Of a stretch of DNA of 64,000 nucleotides, positions 10,260 to 19,130 are shown piece after piece. Position 1 is the first letter of the stretch, and the number at the start of each line of letters is the position of its first letter. Source of the DNA: Myxococcales bacterium (GTDB taxonomy: Bacteria; Myxococcota_A; Polyangia; Polyangiales; DASUME01). The notes below the pieces were generated by a model. The model worked only from the letters and a program-made list of their open reading frames with translations. It did not search any database and was not told where the DNA came from. The stretch spans positions 576,001 to 640,000 of the forward strand of contig JASGJH010000001.1 in the NCBI GenBank assembly GCA_047601445.1, given 5' to 3'. A program made the position numbers and the translations under genes.

Positions 10260-10975
10260 GTCGCACCTGCATCGTCGGTGTTGGGCCGAGTCGACGTGGC
10301 GCAGACAGCGACCGCCTCGGGGGCGGCGCCTACCATGGCAGCCCTCAGTCGGGCGTGGCCACGCGCGTGACGACTCTTGACCGTGCCTAGTGGCAAAGAC
10401 AGGGCTTCACTGACTTCCTGATAGCTAAGCTCTTCGATGTCGCACAGCCAGACCACCGTGCGGTAGGGCTCCGGCAGCGCGCGCACGGTGCGCAACACGG
10501 ACTCGGTGTCGCGCAGCATCTCGAGGGAGTGCTCCGGGGTCGGTAGAGGATTGGGGCCGTTCTCGTTGCCGAACCAATCTTCGAACAGTGTCCCGAAGCG
10601 TTCCAACGCCTCACGCACCAGCCCGCGGCGGCGCGCTGTGTGGCGCACGGAGTCCATGTGCTCGTTGCGGACGATGCCGTAGAGCCAGCCGAGGAGGGGC
10701 GCTTCGGCGCGGTAGCTCGAGCGGTGCTGGTACGCTTTGACCAACGCGTTCTGGAGCAGGTCCTCGGCCGCTTCGGGGCTGTCGGCCAGGGTACGGCACA
10801 ACCTCAGAAGCGGCGGAAACAATGGACGCACGGCCCGCGCGAAATCTTCGCGTGACCATGCTTCGCAGGCTGACCCGAGATCGCGTACCGCTTCTTCTTG
10901 GGTCTCAACCGGTAGGAGACGCACGGCGCTGATCATACGGAGCCAAACCCCTGGTTGCCACGTGAAGTCACGCAT
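10256..10975 (-). CDS. ECF RNA polymerase sigma-70 factor
   Basis: Region 2 AEDLLQNAL..WLYGIVRN; region 4 LSYQEVSEALSLPLGTVKSR. Start uncertain (10990, 10975 or 10936). Confidence 0.9.
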   Translation of the reverse strand: MRDFTWQPGVWLRMISAVRLLPVETQEEAVRDLGSACEAWSREDFARAVRPLFPPLLRLCRTLADSPEAAEDLLQNALVKAYQHRSSYRAEAPLLGWLYGIVRNEHMDSVRHTARRRGLVREALERFGTLFEDWFGNENGPNPLPTPEHSLEMLRDTESVLRTVRALPEPYRTVVWLCDIEELSYQEVSEALSLPLGTVKSRHARGHARLRAAMVGAAPEAVAVCATSTRPNTDDAGAT

Positions 10976-10982
10976 CTGGAAA

Positions 10983-11008
10983 GACGCCATGAACGACCGG
11001 CCGGTTCC
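10983..11008 (-). promoter_or_regulatory. Candidate ECF-type promoter GGAACC-N16-CGTC
   Basis: Minus strand reads ggaacc ggccggtcgttcatgg cgtc just upstream of ATG 10975 of the ECF gene. Confidence 0.4.
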
Positions 11009-11075
11009 CCGCCCTGAAGCGGACCGGCAATGACCAGGAAAGTCCTTGAGAATTCAGCGGATTGGCGGAGACCGT

Positions 11076-13289
11076 TCAGTCTTCGACCACGCGTGCGAGG
11101 GCGCGCGTGTGAGATTCCGCCAACACTTGGACTGGAACGTCGAGCACATCCTCGATCTCGAGGGTGTCTCCACCCACGAAGCCGAGCAGGCTGAAGGGGA
11201 CCCCGAGTGTTTCGCAGCGCTCCTGGACCTTGGCCCGTTGCTCGGGAGCGAAGCTTACTACCACCCTGGAGGGTTCCTCGTGGAACAACTTGGGGAGCGG
11301 GTCGGTCCCGCCCGCCGCGGGCAGCTCCACGGAGCAGCCGATGCGCCCCGCGATGCAGCACTCGGCCAGCGCCACACCCAGGCCGCCGTCGCTCACGTCG
11401 TGGGCGCTCGACAGGAGGCGATCGCGCGCCAGGTCCAGCACGGCGCGCTGCAACTTCACTTCGGCTGCCAGGTCCAGCGTCAGGGCCTGCCCGCGCAGCT
11501 CCCCCGTGCGCGAGACCAGGAACTCGGAGCCCGCGAGGTTCCCGCCCCCGGGGACGCCGAGCAGCGCGACCATATCGGCCTGACGCACGAAGCCGATGCC
11601 CATGCGGTCGCTGGCATCACGCAGCTGACCGACCACGGCCACCGTAGGCGTGCCGGGCGCGGACCCTTCACGCAGCGCCACCGAGCTCTGCACCACGGGC
11701 AGCTTGAGTGCCAGACAGGCGTCGCGGACCCCATCGACCATCTCGGACAGGCGCCAGTTGGTCTCGGGCTGATCGGCGTGACCCAAGCTCAAGCCCACGG
11801 CGATGCCGAGCGCTTCGGCGCCCACGCACACCACGTTGCGGGCGCACTCGGCCACTGCCATCGCCGCACCCTGGCGCGGATCGAGCTGGGCGTGCCGGCC
11901 GTGGCCGTCCACGGAGAGCGCGATCCACTTCTCCTTGGTGTTCTCGTCCTCGGAGGAGAAGCGCAGCAGGGCGGCGTCGCCGACGGCGTTGCGGCCGCCA
12001 CCCGTGCGCGCACTGCTGTCGAGACGACGCATGAGCCATTCGCGGCTCCCGACGTTGACCGACCCGAGCAAGCGCACGAGTTCGCTCTCTGCGTCCTCGT
12101 TGCGTTTGAGCGCCAGGGCAGGCGTCGTGGGGTCGAGCTGAGCCGCCTTGACGGGGCGCTCGTAGGAAGGCGCGTCCTGTACCAGCAGGGACACTGGCAG
12201 GTCCGCCACCACCACCTGCTTGGCCTCCGAGGTGCTCTTGCTCGCGCTCTCGTCGGGGCTCGCCTTGCACACCACGCGGCCCGTGTTCGTCACGCGTCCG
12301 ATCACCCGGGCGGGGACTTCGTGGCGCTGGAAGACCTCGAGCACCGCGTCCTCGCGTCCCTTGCGCACCACCAACAGCAAGGCCTCGGCAGGTGCGCACA
12401 GTGCCTGGAACGGCGAAGGACGCTCGGTCCCCCGCGGCAGCGCGTCGAGGTCGATTTCGACGCCCGTCTCACCGCGCGCGGCCAGGCGCACGATGGCGCC
12501 GGCCAAGCCCGAGACGCCGATGCCCGCAGCACCCTCGATGGAGCCGAGCTTGAGGGCCGCCAGGCAGCTCTCGTTGAGTCGCTTGTGGATGTCTTCGGCG
12601 GCCTGAGCGCCGAGCACACCTGCATAGAGTAGGGTGTTGCCGAGCCCGGTGGCTCGCCCCTCGGCCAGCGCTTCGCTGCGCGCTACCCCGAGACCGATTC
12701 CCTGCACCAACTGCAAGGCCTCGTAGCGGCTGTCGAATCCGAGATCGCCGCCCGCGATGCCGACGGCCATGCTCTTGCTCAGGCCGGCCAATCGCTGCGC
12801 CAGTTCCTTGAGCTGATCGGCGGTCTGCACTTCGCCAGGGGTGCCCAATCGCAGCGCGTCGAAGAGCGCGAGCGGCTCGGCGCCGGTGGCGACCACATCG
12901 CGCATGGCGCTGCCGAGACACATGGCTGCCGCGGCCCCGAGATCACTCAGCTCTTGCTTGGGCTCTGCCCATGCCAGCGAGAACACGGCGCATTGCCCGT
13001 CGCCGAGATCGAGCGCTGCTGCGCCGCCGAGACTGCTGCTGCGCACGACGTGAGCACCAGAGGTCGGCAGGCGTCGCGTATGGACCCGCGAAGACTTCTG
13101 TGACTCGCGCTCTGACCAGAGCACCGAGAGCACGCCCAGCTCGGCGTGAGTAAGGTTGCGGGCCAACTCCTTGACGGCGCGTGAGAGCTCCGTTTCAGAC
13201 AGGCCGAGCGTGCGAGCGAGCTCCGCTGTGACTTCCGGATCCCCTGGAAAAGGAACCACTTTTGTATCTGTCTTCTTCGCTGTGGCCAT
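11076..13289 (-). CDS. PurL (small-type FGAM synthase subunit) homologue with degenerate active site
   Basis: Colinear with PurL (LGLSETE.., DLGDG, RDVVATGAEP, DAALLR, LDPRQGA, SAHDVSDGGL) but the catalytic motifs are replaced; intact 737-aa ORF. Confidence 0.8.
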   Translation of the reverse strand: MATAKKTDTKVVPFPGDPEVTAELARTLGLSETELSRAVKELARNLTHAELGVLSVLWSERESQKSSRVHTRRLPTSGAHVVRSSSLGGAAALDLGDGQCAVFSLAWAEPKQELSDLGAAAAMCLGSAMRDVVATGAEPLALFDALRLGTPGEVQTADQLKELAQRLAGLSKSMAVGIAGGDLGFDSRYEALQLVQGIGLGVARSEALAEGRATGLGNTLLYAGVLGAQAAEDIHKRLNESCLAALKLGSIEGAAGIGVSGLAGAIVRLAARGETGVEIDLDALPRGTERPSPFQALCAPAEALLLVVRKGREDAVLEVFQRHEVPARVIGRVTNTGRVVCKASPDESASKSTSEAKQVVVADLPVSLLVQDAPSYERPVKAAQLDPTTPALALKRNEDAESELVRLLGSVNVGSREWLMRRLDSSARTGGGRNAVGDAALLRFSSEDENTKEKWIALSVDGHGRHAQLDPRQGAAMAVAECARNVVCVGAEALGIAVGLSLGHADQPETNWRLSEMVDGVRDACLALKLPVVQSSVALREGSAPGTPTVAVVGQLRDASDRMGIGFVRQADMVALLGVPGGGNLAGSEFLVSRTGELRGQALTLDLAAEVKLQRAVLDLARDRLLSSAHDVSDGGLGVALAECCIAGRIGCSVELPAAGGTDPLPKLFHEEPSRVVVSFAPEQRAKVQERCETLGVPFSLLGFVGGDTLEIEDVLDVPVQVLAESHTRALARVVED

Positions 13290-13360
13290 GCTGGGCGGCG
13301 AACCTTAGCCCGCGCGGTTGGTGCGGGCCAGGTGTCGCCGACTTGCCGCACAGCCCTGAC

Positions 13361-13981
13361 TCACCCGGGCGTACCCGAGTCGAGAAGCGAAAGTAGCTCC
13401 GAGGTGGCGAGGGCAGGGTCCGCCGCGGACAGCACTTCGCGCACCACAGCTATGCCGCGTGCCCCTGATTGGCGTAGTTCGGCCACGTCCGCGGCGCGCA
13501 CTCCCCCCAGGGCGTACACAGGCAGTCGTACGGCCGCGATCGTGCGTGCGAACCCGGCGATTCCGAGCGGGGGCCCCTTGGCCGCCACCTCGTGGACCGG
13601 TGACAGGGTGGCGTAGTCGGCGCCCTGGCGGGCGGCCTCGAAGAGCCCCTTGAGGTCATGGCGCGAGACCCCGACCCAGCGTTGGGAGCCCAAAAGTTTG
13701 CGCGCCACCTCGATCGGCAGTCCCGCCTCGGGGAGCTGTACGCCGTCGGCTTCCACGGCCAGCGCGATGTCGACCCGATCGTTGATGAGCAGGGTGCTCT
13801 CGCGGGCCCGGGTGAGGGCGCGCAGCTCCAGGGCGACCCCCAAGATCTCACGGGTGGTGCTCTGGCGCGTTCGGAGCTGGACGGCCACGCGGCGGGGGGG
13901 CACGGCGGACAGGGCCCGCGTCAGGCGACCCACCAGGTCCGGCCCCTCGTCGGTGATCAGAATCAGGTCAAAGGACGGCAT
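13361..13981 (-). CDS. thiE: Thiamine-phosphate synthase / TenI family protein
   Basis: LITD, VQLR, INDRVDIALAVEADGV, GVSRH, ALGGV; lies in the thiS-thiG operon. Confidence 0.75.
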   Translation of the reverse strand: MPSFDLILITDEGPDLVGRLTRALSAVPPRRVAVQLRTRQSTTREILGVALELRALTRARESTLLINDRVDIALAVEADGVQLPEAGLPIEVARKLLGSQRWVGVSRHDLKGLFEAARQGADYATLSPVHEVAAKGPPLGIAGFARTIAAVRLPVYALGGVRAADVAELRQSGARGIAVVREVLSAADPALATSELLSLLDSGTPG

Positions 13982-13996
13982 GGGCGCGCCCTCTCC

Positions 13997-14317
13997 TCAT
14001 TCGTCGACGTCGGTGTCCTCGCCGGCTTCGGCGCGTTCGGGGGCGCTCTTTTCGAGCTTGTCGAGCTCCTTCTCGTCGAGCTCGGGCAGGCCAAGTTCGG
14101 AGCGTGCCCGCTGTGCATAGCGCGAGCCAGGGTACTGCTCGACGATCTGTCGCAACGTGGTTTCGCGTGCTTTGTCATCGCCTTCCTTCTGGAACCGCTC
14201 TGACAGAATCCAAAGTGCCTTGGGGGCCGTGTCCTCGAGGGGGCGCTCGTTTTTGCTCGTCGCGCACTGATACGGGGCCAAAAGCGCCGCGCACAAGGCA
14301 AGTACCGCAGACTTCAT
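13997..14317 (-). CDS. Small hypothetical lipoprotein-like protein (TPR/BamD-like helix pair)
   Basis: Signal peptide ending near [14 protein letters not shown] motif; overlaps the thiG stop. Confidence 0.6.
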   Translation of the reverse strand: MKSAVLALCAALLAPYQCATSKNERPLEDTAPKALWILSERFQKEGDDKARETTLRQIVEQYPGSRYAQRARSELGLPELDEKELDKLEKSAPERAEAGEDTDVDE

Positions 14318-15099
14318 GCTCTCTCCGATCCAATCACGCCTTCGAGCGGGCTCGACGCCGTGGCGTACAGCTTCTTGGGGATGCGCCCCGAAAGGTAGGC
14401 CAGCCTACCTGCCTCCACGGCCAAGCGCATCGCGCGCGCCATGCGCACCGGATCCTTGGCGCCAGCGATGGCGGTGTTCATCAGCACGCCATGGCAACCG
14501 AGCTCCATGGCGATGGCGGCGTCGGAGGCGGTGCCCACGCCGGCGTCGACGATGACCGGGACCTTCGACTGCTTGAGGATGATCTCGATGTTGTAGGGAT
14601 TGCGGATGCCGAGGCCCGAGCCGATGGGGGCGGCCAGCGGCATGACCGCGGCGCAGCCGATGTCCTCGAGCTTCTTGCAGGTGATGGGATCGTCGTTGGT
14701 GTAGGGCAGCACGGTGAAGCCCTCCTTGACCAACACGCGCGCGGCCTCGAGCGTCTGCTCGACGTCCGGGAACAGCGTGGCCGGATCGCCCAGCACCTCG
14801 AGCTTGACCAGGCTGCTCATGCCGGCCTCGCGGGCCAGCCGGCACGTACGCACCGCGTCGCTGGCGGTGTAGCAGTGGGCGGTGTTCGGAAGCAGCGTGA
14901 ACTTGCGCTCCCGCAGATACTCGAAAAGGGCTTGATCCTGAGGCTTGGAGAGATCCACGCGCCGTACGGCGACCGTGACTACCTGGGCGCCGGAGGCGTC
15001 GAGTGCCGCCTTGGTCTCCTCGAGATCCTTGTACTTGCCCGTGCCCACGAAGAGACGGGATTCGAACGTATGCGGACCAATAGTGAGCACGTCTTGCAT
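14314..15099 (-). CDS. thiG: Thiazole synthase
   Basis: [42 protein letters not shown]. Confidence 0.97.
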   Translation of the reverse strand: MQDVLTIGPHTFESRLFVGTGKYKDLEETKAALDASGAQVVTVAVRRVDLSKPQDQALFEYLRERKFTLLPNTAHCYTASDAVRTCRLAREAGMSSLVKLEVLGDPATLFPDVEQTLEAARVLVKEGFTVLPYTNDDPITCKKLEDIGCAAVMPLAAPIGSGLGIRNPYNIEIILKQSKVPVIVDAGVGTASDAAIAMELGCHGVLMNTAIAGAKDPVRMARAMRLAVEAGRLAYLSGRIPKKLYATASSPLEGVIGSERA

Positions 15100-15126
15100 G
15101 GGCTTTGGTACCTGGGTTGCCGGGGT

Positions 15127-15327
15127 TCAGCCGCCGCCCACGAACTGGACGACTTCGAGCTTGTCGCCCTCGAGGAGGCAGGTAGAGGCGTGTTGTGCGC
15201 GCGGGACGATGTCGGCGTTGCGCTCGACTGCCACGGGGCGCTCGCCGAGTCCCAGTGTCTCGAGCAATACGCCGATGGTGAGGCCTTCCTGCACCTCGCG
15301 CGGCTCGCCGTTGATCTCGATGCGCAT
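15127..15327 (-). CDS. thiS: Sulfur carrier protein ThiS
   Basis: 66 aa MRIEINGE...VAVERN...VQFVGGG with C-terminal GG; directly upstream of thiG. Confidence 0.95.
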   Translation of the reverse strand: MRIEINGEPREVQEGLTIGVLLETLGLGERPVAVERNADIVPRAQHASTCLLEGDKLEVVQFVGGG

Positions 15328-15472
15328 GCGGGCGAGCCTAGCAGCGGCCCCGGGTTTCACCAACGCGCACGAAGAGACCGCGCAGCCCCCTTCCCATGAC
15401 CCGTAGCCAGCCCAGCGTGAGCGAAGCGAACCTCGCGGCGGGGTGGGTCCCATCGCGGCTTTGCCGCGGTGG

Positions 15473-15498
15473 GCGGGGAGGTCGCGTGACCTCCCCGC
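15473..15498. other. Perfect 11-bp GC-rich hairpin in the thiS/mlaE divergent region
   Basis: gcggggaggtc-gcgt-gacctccccgc; a second hairpin ccatcgcggc-ttt-gccgcggtgg lies just upstream. Confidence 0.5.
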
Positions 15499-15522
15499 GC
15501 CAAAAAATGGTATCACTCGCGC

Positions 15523-16356
15523 GTGCCCAGTCAGGCAGACCCCGCGCTGAACGAGCGCCCCAAGCTGTTGGCGATCCTCCAGGAGATGGCGCTGCTCTTG
15601 ATCCGTCCGTTCGTGGCGGTGCTGGCCGAGATCGGGCTCACTGTGCGGCTGTTGAGCGCCACCTTGTTCTGGGGGGTGCGGCGCCCCTATCGCTTCAACC
15701 TGTTCCTCGAGGCGATGGAGTTCGTCGGCGTTCAGTCGGTGTTCATCGTGGGCCTCACGGGCCTGTTCATCGGCATGGTGTTCGGCATTCAGCTGGTAGA
15801 CGGGTTCCGCGACTTCGGCGCAGAGAACCAGACGGGTGCGGTGGTCGGCATGGCCCTGGCGCGCGAGCTCTCGCCGGTGTTTACGGCGCTCATGGTGTCG
15901 AGCCGCGCGGGCAGCGCCATGAGCACGGAGCTGGGCTCGATGCGGGTGTCGGACCAGATTGACGCGCTCACCACGATGGCGGTGAACCCGGTGCAGTACC
16001 TGGTGGTGCCGCGGGTGCTGGCGGGCTTTCTGATGGTGCCGCTGCTCACCATGTTGTTCAACATGGTCGGCATCTTCGGGGCTTGGCTGGTGTGCGTGCA
16101 GATCCTGGGCCTCGACAGCGGCATCTTCGTCGACAAGGTCCGCTGGTTCGTGGACGCGTCGGATCTGCGTCAGGGGCTCGTGAAGGCCTTCGCCTTCGGT
16201 CTCACTATCTCACTGATCGCCTGTCGTCACGGCTTCTATGCCAAGGGCGGCGCGGCGGGAGTGGGGCAGGCCACCACGGCGGCCGTGGTGCAGAGCGCGG
16301 TCTCGATCCTGGCGCTCGACTACGTCATCACCTCGGTGATCACCGGCGGCTTTTGA
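15523..16356 (+). CDS. mlaE: MlaE-family ABC permease
   Basis: [36 protein letters not shown] motifs. Confidence 0.9.
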   Translation: MPSQADPALNERPKLLAILQEMALLLIRPFVAVLAEIGLTVRLLSATLFWGVRRPYRFNLFLEAMEFVGVQSVFIVGLTGLFIGMVFGIQLVDGFRDFGAENQTGAVVGMALARELSPVFTALMVSSRAGSAMSTELGSMRVSDQIDALTTMAVNPVQYLVVPRVLAGFLMVPLLTMLFNMVGIFGAWLVCVQILGLDSGIFVDKVRWFVDASDLRQGLVKAFAFGLTISLIACRHGFYAKGGAAGVGQATTAAVVQSAVSILALDYVITSVITGGF

Positions 16357-17150
16357 TGGCGGCCGTCGGCCCGAACGGGCGCAACCAGGCCCAGGCGAGC
16401 TCCGATCCGGTGCACGTGCGGGTGGTGGACCTGGTGAAGTCCTACGCGGGCACGCCCATCCTCAAGGGCGTCACCTTCGACCTATTCCGCGGCGTGACCA
16501 ACGTGATTATCGGGGCCAGCGGCTCAGGCAAAACAGTGTTCCTGCGGCAGCTCATCCGCCTGGAACGCCCGGACTCGGGGCGCATCGAGGTGGACGGCGT
16601 GGACATCGTGCCGCTGGGGGAGCTCGAGCTGGCTCCGTTCCGCCGGAAGTTCGGCATGGTGTTTCAGATGTCGGCGCTGTTCGACTCCATGAACGTGTTC
16701 GACAACGTGGCCTTTCCGCTGCGCGAGCACACGAAGCTTTCGCGCAAAGACATCCAGACCAAGGTCGAGGAGAGCCTCAGCGCCCTCGGCATTGCGCACG
16801 CCATTTACAAGCAGCCCTCGGAAATCTCGGGCGGCATGAAAAAGCGCGTGGCCGTGGCGCGCGCGCTGGTGATGGAACCCGAGATCCTGATTTACGACGA
16901 GCCCACCACGGGTCTGGACCCGATCACCTCGCGCACGGTGGACGAGCTAATCGAGACCACGCGGGAACGCTTCGGCATCACCTCGGTGGTCATCAGTCAC
17001 GACATGGAGAGCGTGTTCAGCATCGGGCACCGCGTGACCCTGCTGTACAAGGGCCGTATGGAAGTCAGCGTGTCGCGCGACGAGCTGATTCACAGCGACA
17101 ACGTGCACGTGAAGGAGTTCCTCGAAGCGAGCGGCGTGCGGATGCCGTGA
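16356..17150 (+). CDS. mlaF: MlaF/Mkl-family ABC ATPase
   Basis: GASGSGKT, FQMSALFDSMNVFDNVAFPLRE, ISGGMKKRV, YDEPTTGLDP. Confidence 0.9.
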   Translation: MAAVGPNGRNQAQASSDPVHVRVVDLVKSYAGTPILKGVTFDLFRGVTNVIIGASGSGKTVFLRQLIRLERPDSGRIEVDGVDIVPLGELELAPFRRKFGMVFQMSALFDSMNVFDNVAFPLREHTKLSRKDIQTKVEESLSALGIAHAIYKQPSEISGGMKKRVAVARALVMEPEILIYDEPTTGLDPITSRTVDELIETTRERFGITSVVISHDMESVFSIGHRVTLLYKGRMEVSVSRDELIHSDNVHVKEFLEASGVRMP

Positions 17151-17182
17151 GGGTGTCGTGGCTGGGTGGCAGTGGGGCGAAC

Positions 17183-17300
17183 CGCGCACGCGCACGACTG
17201 CGTTTCAAGAACACGAATACGAAAACACGTACGGGGACGTGCTGCTGCTCGTCCCCGTGTTCGTCCGCGTACTGGTGAGACGTAATCGTGCGCGTGCGCG
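17183..17300. repeat. Hexamer-periodic palindromic element (REP/MITE-like)
   Basis: Outer inverted repeat cgcgcacgcgcacgactgcg (17183-17202) / cgtaatcgtgcgcgtgcgcg (17281-17300); inner acggggacg / cgtccccgt. Confidence 0.8.
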
Positions 17301-17315
17301 ACTCGTCCCGGCTCC

Positions 17316-18200
17316 TCAACGGTAGTTGCGAACCACGACCTCTTTGACAGGGCCGCGGGTGCTCGCGTCGCAGCTGACGGCGCGAGGCGCCATCACGGTG
17401 TCGATCTGGAAGCCGCGGTAGAGCTCGCGGATGAAGGGCACGTCGCTGTTGGACAGCATCAGCTTGGCGCCGCGGCGGTCGAGCTCGCGGAACACGTCGC
17501 GCAGGCGGGTCTGATCGGCCTGGCTGAAGCCGTCCTGGGCGTAGGAGGTGAAGTTGGCCGTACGCGAGACGGGCTCGTAGGGGGGATCCATGTACACGAA
17601 GTCGCCCGGGCGGGCTTCGCTGAGCAGGGTCTCGAAGGAGGTGCAGCGGATGTCTGCGCTGGCGAGGCGAGCGCTGGCCGCGAAAAGGTTCTCCGTGTCG
17701 AGGATGCCTGGGTTCTTGTAGGCGCCCATGGGCACGTTGAACTCGCCCTTGCGGTTCACACGGTAGAGCCCGTTGAAGCAGGTCTTGTTCAGGTAAATGA
17801 ACATCGCGGCGCGCTCGACCGCGAGCTTGTGGGAGGTCTTGCCGGAGCGCTGATTGAAGCGCTCGCGCACCGCGTAGTAGCTGTCCTTGTCGTGCTGCTT
17901 GGCCAGTTTGGCGAGCTCGCGCACGAGGTCGCCAGCGTGATCGCGCACGGTGGTGTAGGTGCGGACGAGATCGGGGTTGATGTCACAGAGCAGGGCGCGC
18001 TCGGGGGCGCGCGCGAAAAACATGGCCCCGCCCCCCATGAAAGGCTCCACGTGGCGCATCAGTTCCACGCCCGAGGGCATGAGGGCGCCCAGGGCGTGCC
18101 GGAGTTTTCCCTTTCCTCCCACCCACTTGAGGAAGGGGCCCGCATCCGGGGTGGAGCTCGGGACGGGGCTGACGGCGACTCGCATGGCACGTGTAGGCAT
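17316..18200 (-). CDS. dam: Dam-family (D12 class) DNA adenine methyltransferase
   Basis: FLKWVGGK, VEPFMGGGAMF, DINPDL, YLNKTCFNGLYRVNRKGEFNVP, YMDPPY, LSNSD. Confidence 0.9.
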   Translation of the reverse strand: MPTRAMRVAVSPVPSSTPDAGPFLKWVGGKGKLRHALGALMPSGVELMRHVEPFMGGGAMFFARAPERALLCDINPDLVRTYTTVRDHAGDLVRELAKLAKQHDKDSYYAVRERFNQRSGKTSHKLAVERAAMFIYLNKTCFNGLYRVNRKGEFNVPMGAYKNPGILDTENLFAASARLASADIRCTSFETLLSEARPGDFVYMDPPYEPVSRTANFTSYAQDGFSQADQTRLRDVFRELDRRGAKLMLSNSDVPFIRELYRGFQIDTVMAPRAVSCDASTRGPVKEVVVRNYR

Positions 18201-18374
18201 GCGTGGGATGCTATCCCACCCGATCTGGCTCACCAAAAACCCGACGCGTTCGACGATCCGGCCCCGCCCAGGCTCGCCTGGGGGCGCGGGAGTCGTTAGG
18301 TTGCTGCGAACGGGTTGCGTGAGCGCACGGCGACGGCACGGGCGCACGCCCGCGAGAGACAGACGAAGGCGGAC

Positions 18375-19130
18375 ATGGCGAAGAGTGACGTAATCGCGAT
18401 CGAAGGGCTCGAGGTGGACTGCGTGGTCGGCGTGTACCCCCACGAGCGGGACCGCCTGCAGCCCCTACGCGTGGACCTGTACATGGAGTGCGACACGCGG
18501 CGCGCCGGGCAGCACGAGCGCCTGCGGGAATCCGTGGACTATGCGGCGGTGGCCTCGCAGGTGACCTTCCTGCTCAAGACCTGTCGCTTCGGGATGCTCG
18601 AGACAGCGGCCCACGCGCTGTCGCGCCTGCTTTTGGCGCCGCCCGCGTTGGGGGAGCGCCGCGCCCAGGTCGAGGCGCTGCGCCTGCGGCTCACCAAGCC
18701 CTTCGCCTTGTCGGGGCTGGCGGTGCCCTCGCTCCAGATCAGCCGAGACCTCTCCGACGTCACGCTGGAGACCGAAGAGTCGCGTTTCGGGCGCGTGGAC
18801 ATCGTGTTCGAGACCAGCGAGGCGGGCATCTATCGGCTCAACGTGGCGCCCAACAGCGGGATCCCGCTGCACATGCACAAGAAGATGCGCGAGGCCGAGA
18901 TGGTGCTCAGCGACGGCCTGTTGTGTCAGGGAGCGCGCGTGCAGGCGGGCAGCGTGTTCCACTGGCCGTTGCACGCCGCCCATCGCTACGACAATCCGAC
19001 GGATCGCTACCAGACCATCCTGTGCGTGGACTCGCCGAGCTTCATGGAAGACGACGAGATCGAGGTGGACGGTGAGCCCGCCGACGTGAAGCCCACCTTC
19101 ATCTTGCCGCGCGCCACGGTGTCGGCATGA
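18375..19130 (+). CDS. Dihydroneopterin aldolase (FolB) fused to a C-terminal cupin domain
   Basis: GVYPHER..QPLRVD, SVDYA, MLET, LTKP (FolB); PLHMH..REAE...HRY (cupin). Confidence 0.8.
   Translation: MAKSDVIAIEGLEVDCVVGVYPHERDRLQPLRVDLYMECDTRRAGQHERLRESVDYAAVASQVTFLLKTCRFGMLETAAHALSRLLLAPPALGERRAQVEALRLRLTKPFALSGLAVPSLQISRDLSDVTLETEESRFGRVDIVFETSEAGIYRLNVAPNSGIPLHMHKKMREAEMVLSDGLLCQGARVQAGSVFHWPLHAAHRYDNPTDRYQTILCVDSPSFMEDDEIEVDGEPADVKPTFILPRATVSA

Noticed and set aside
15328..15522. TPP riboswitch upstream of thiS
   Set aside because: Conserved TPP core sequences were not found by eye; only generic hairpins.
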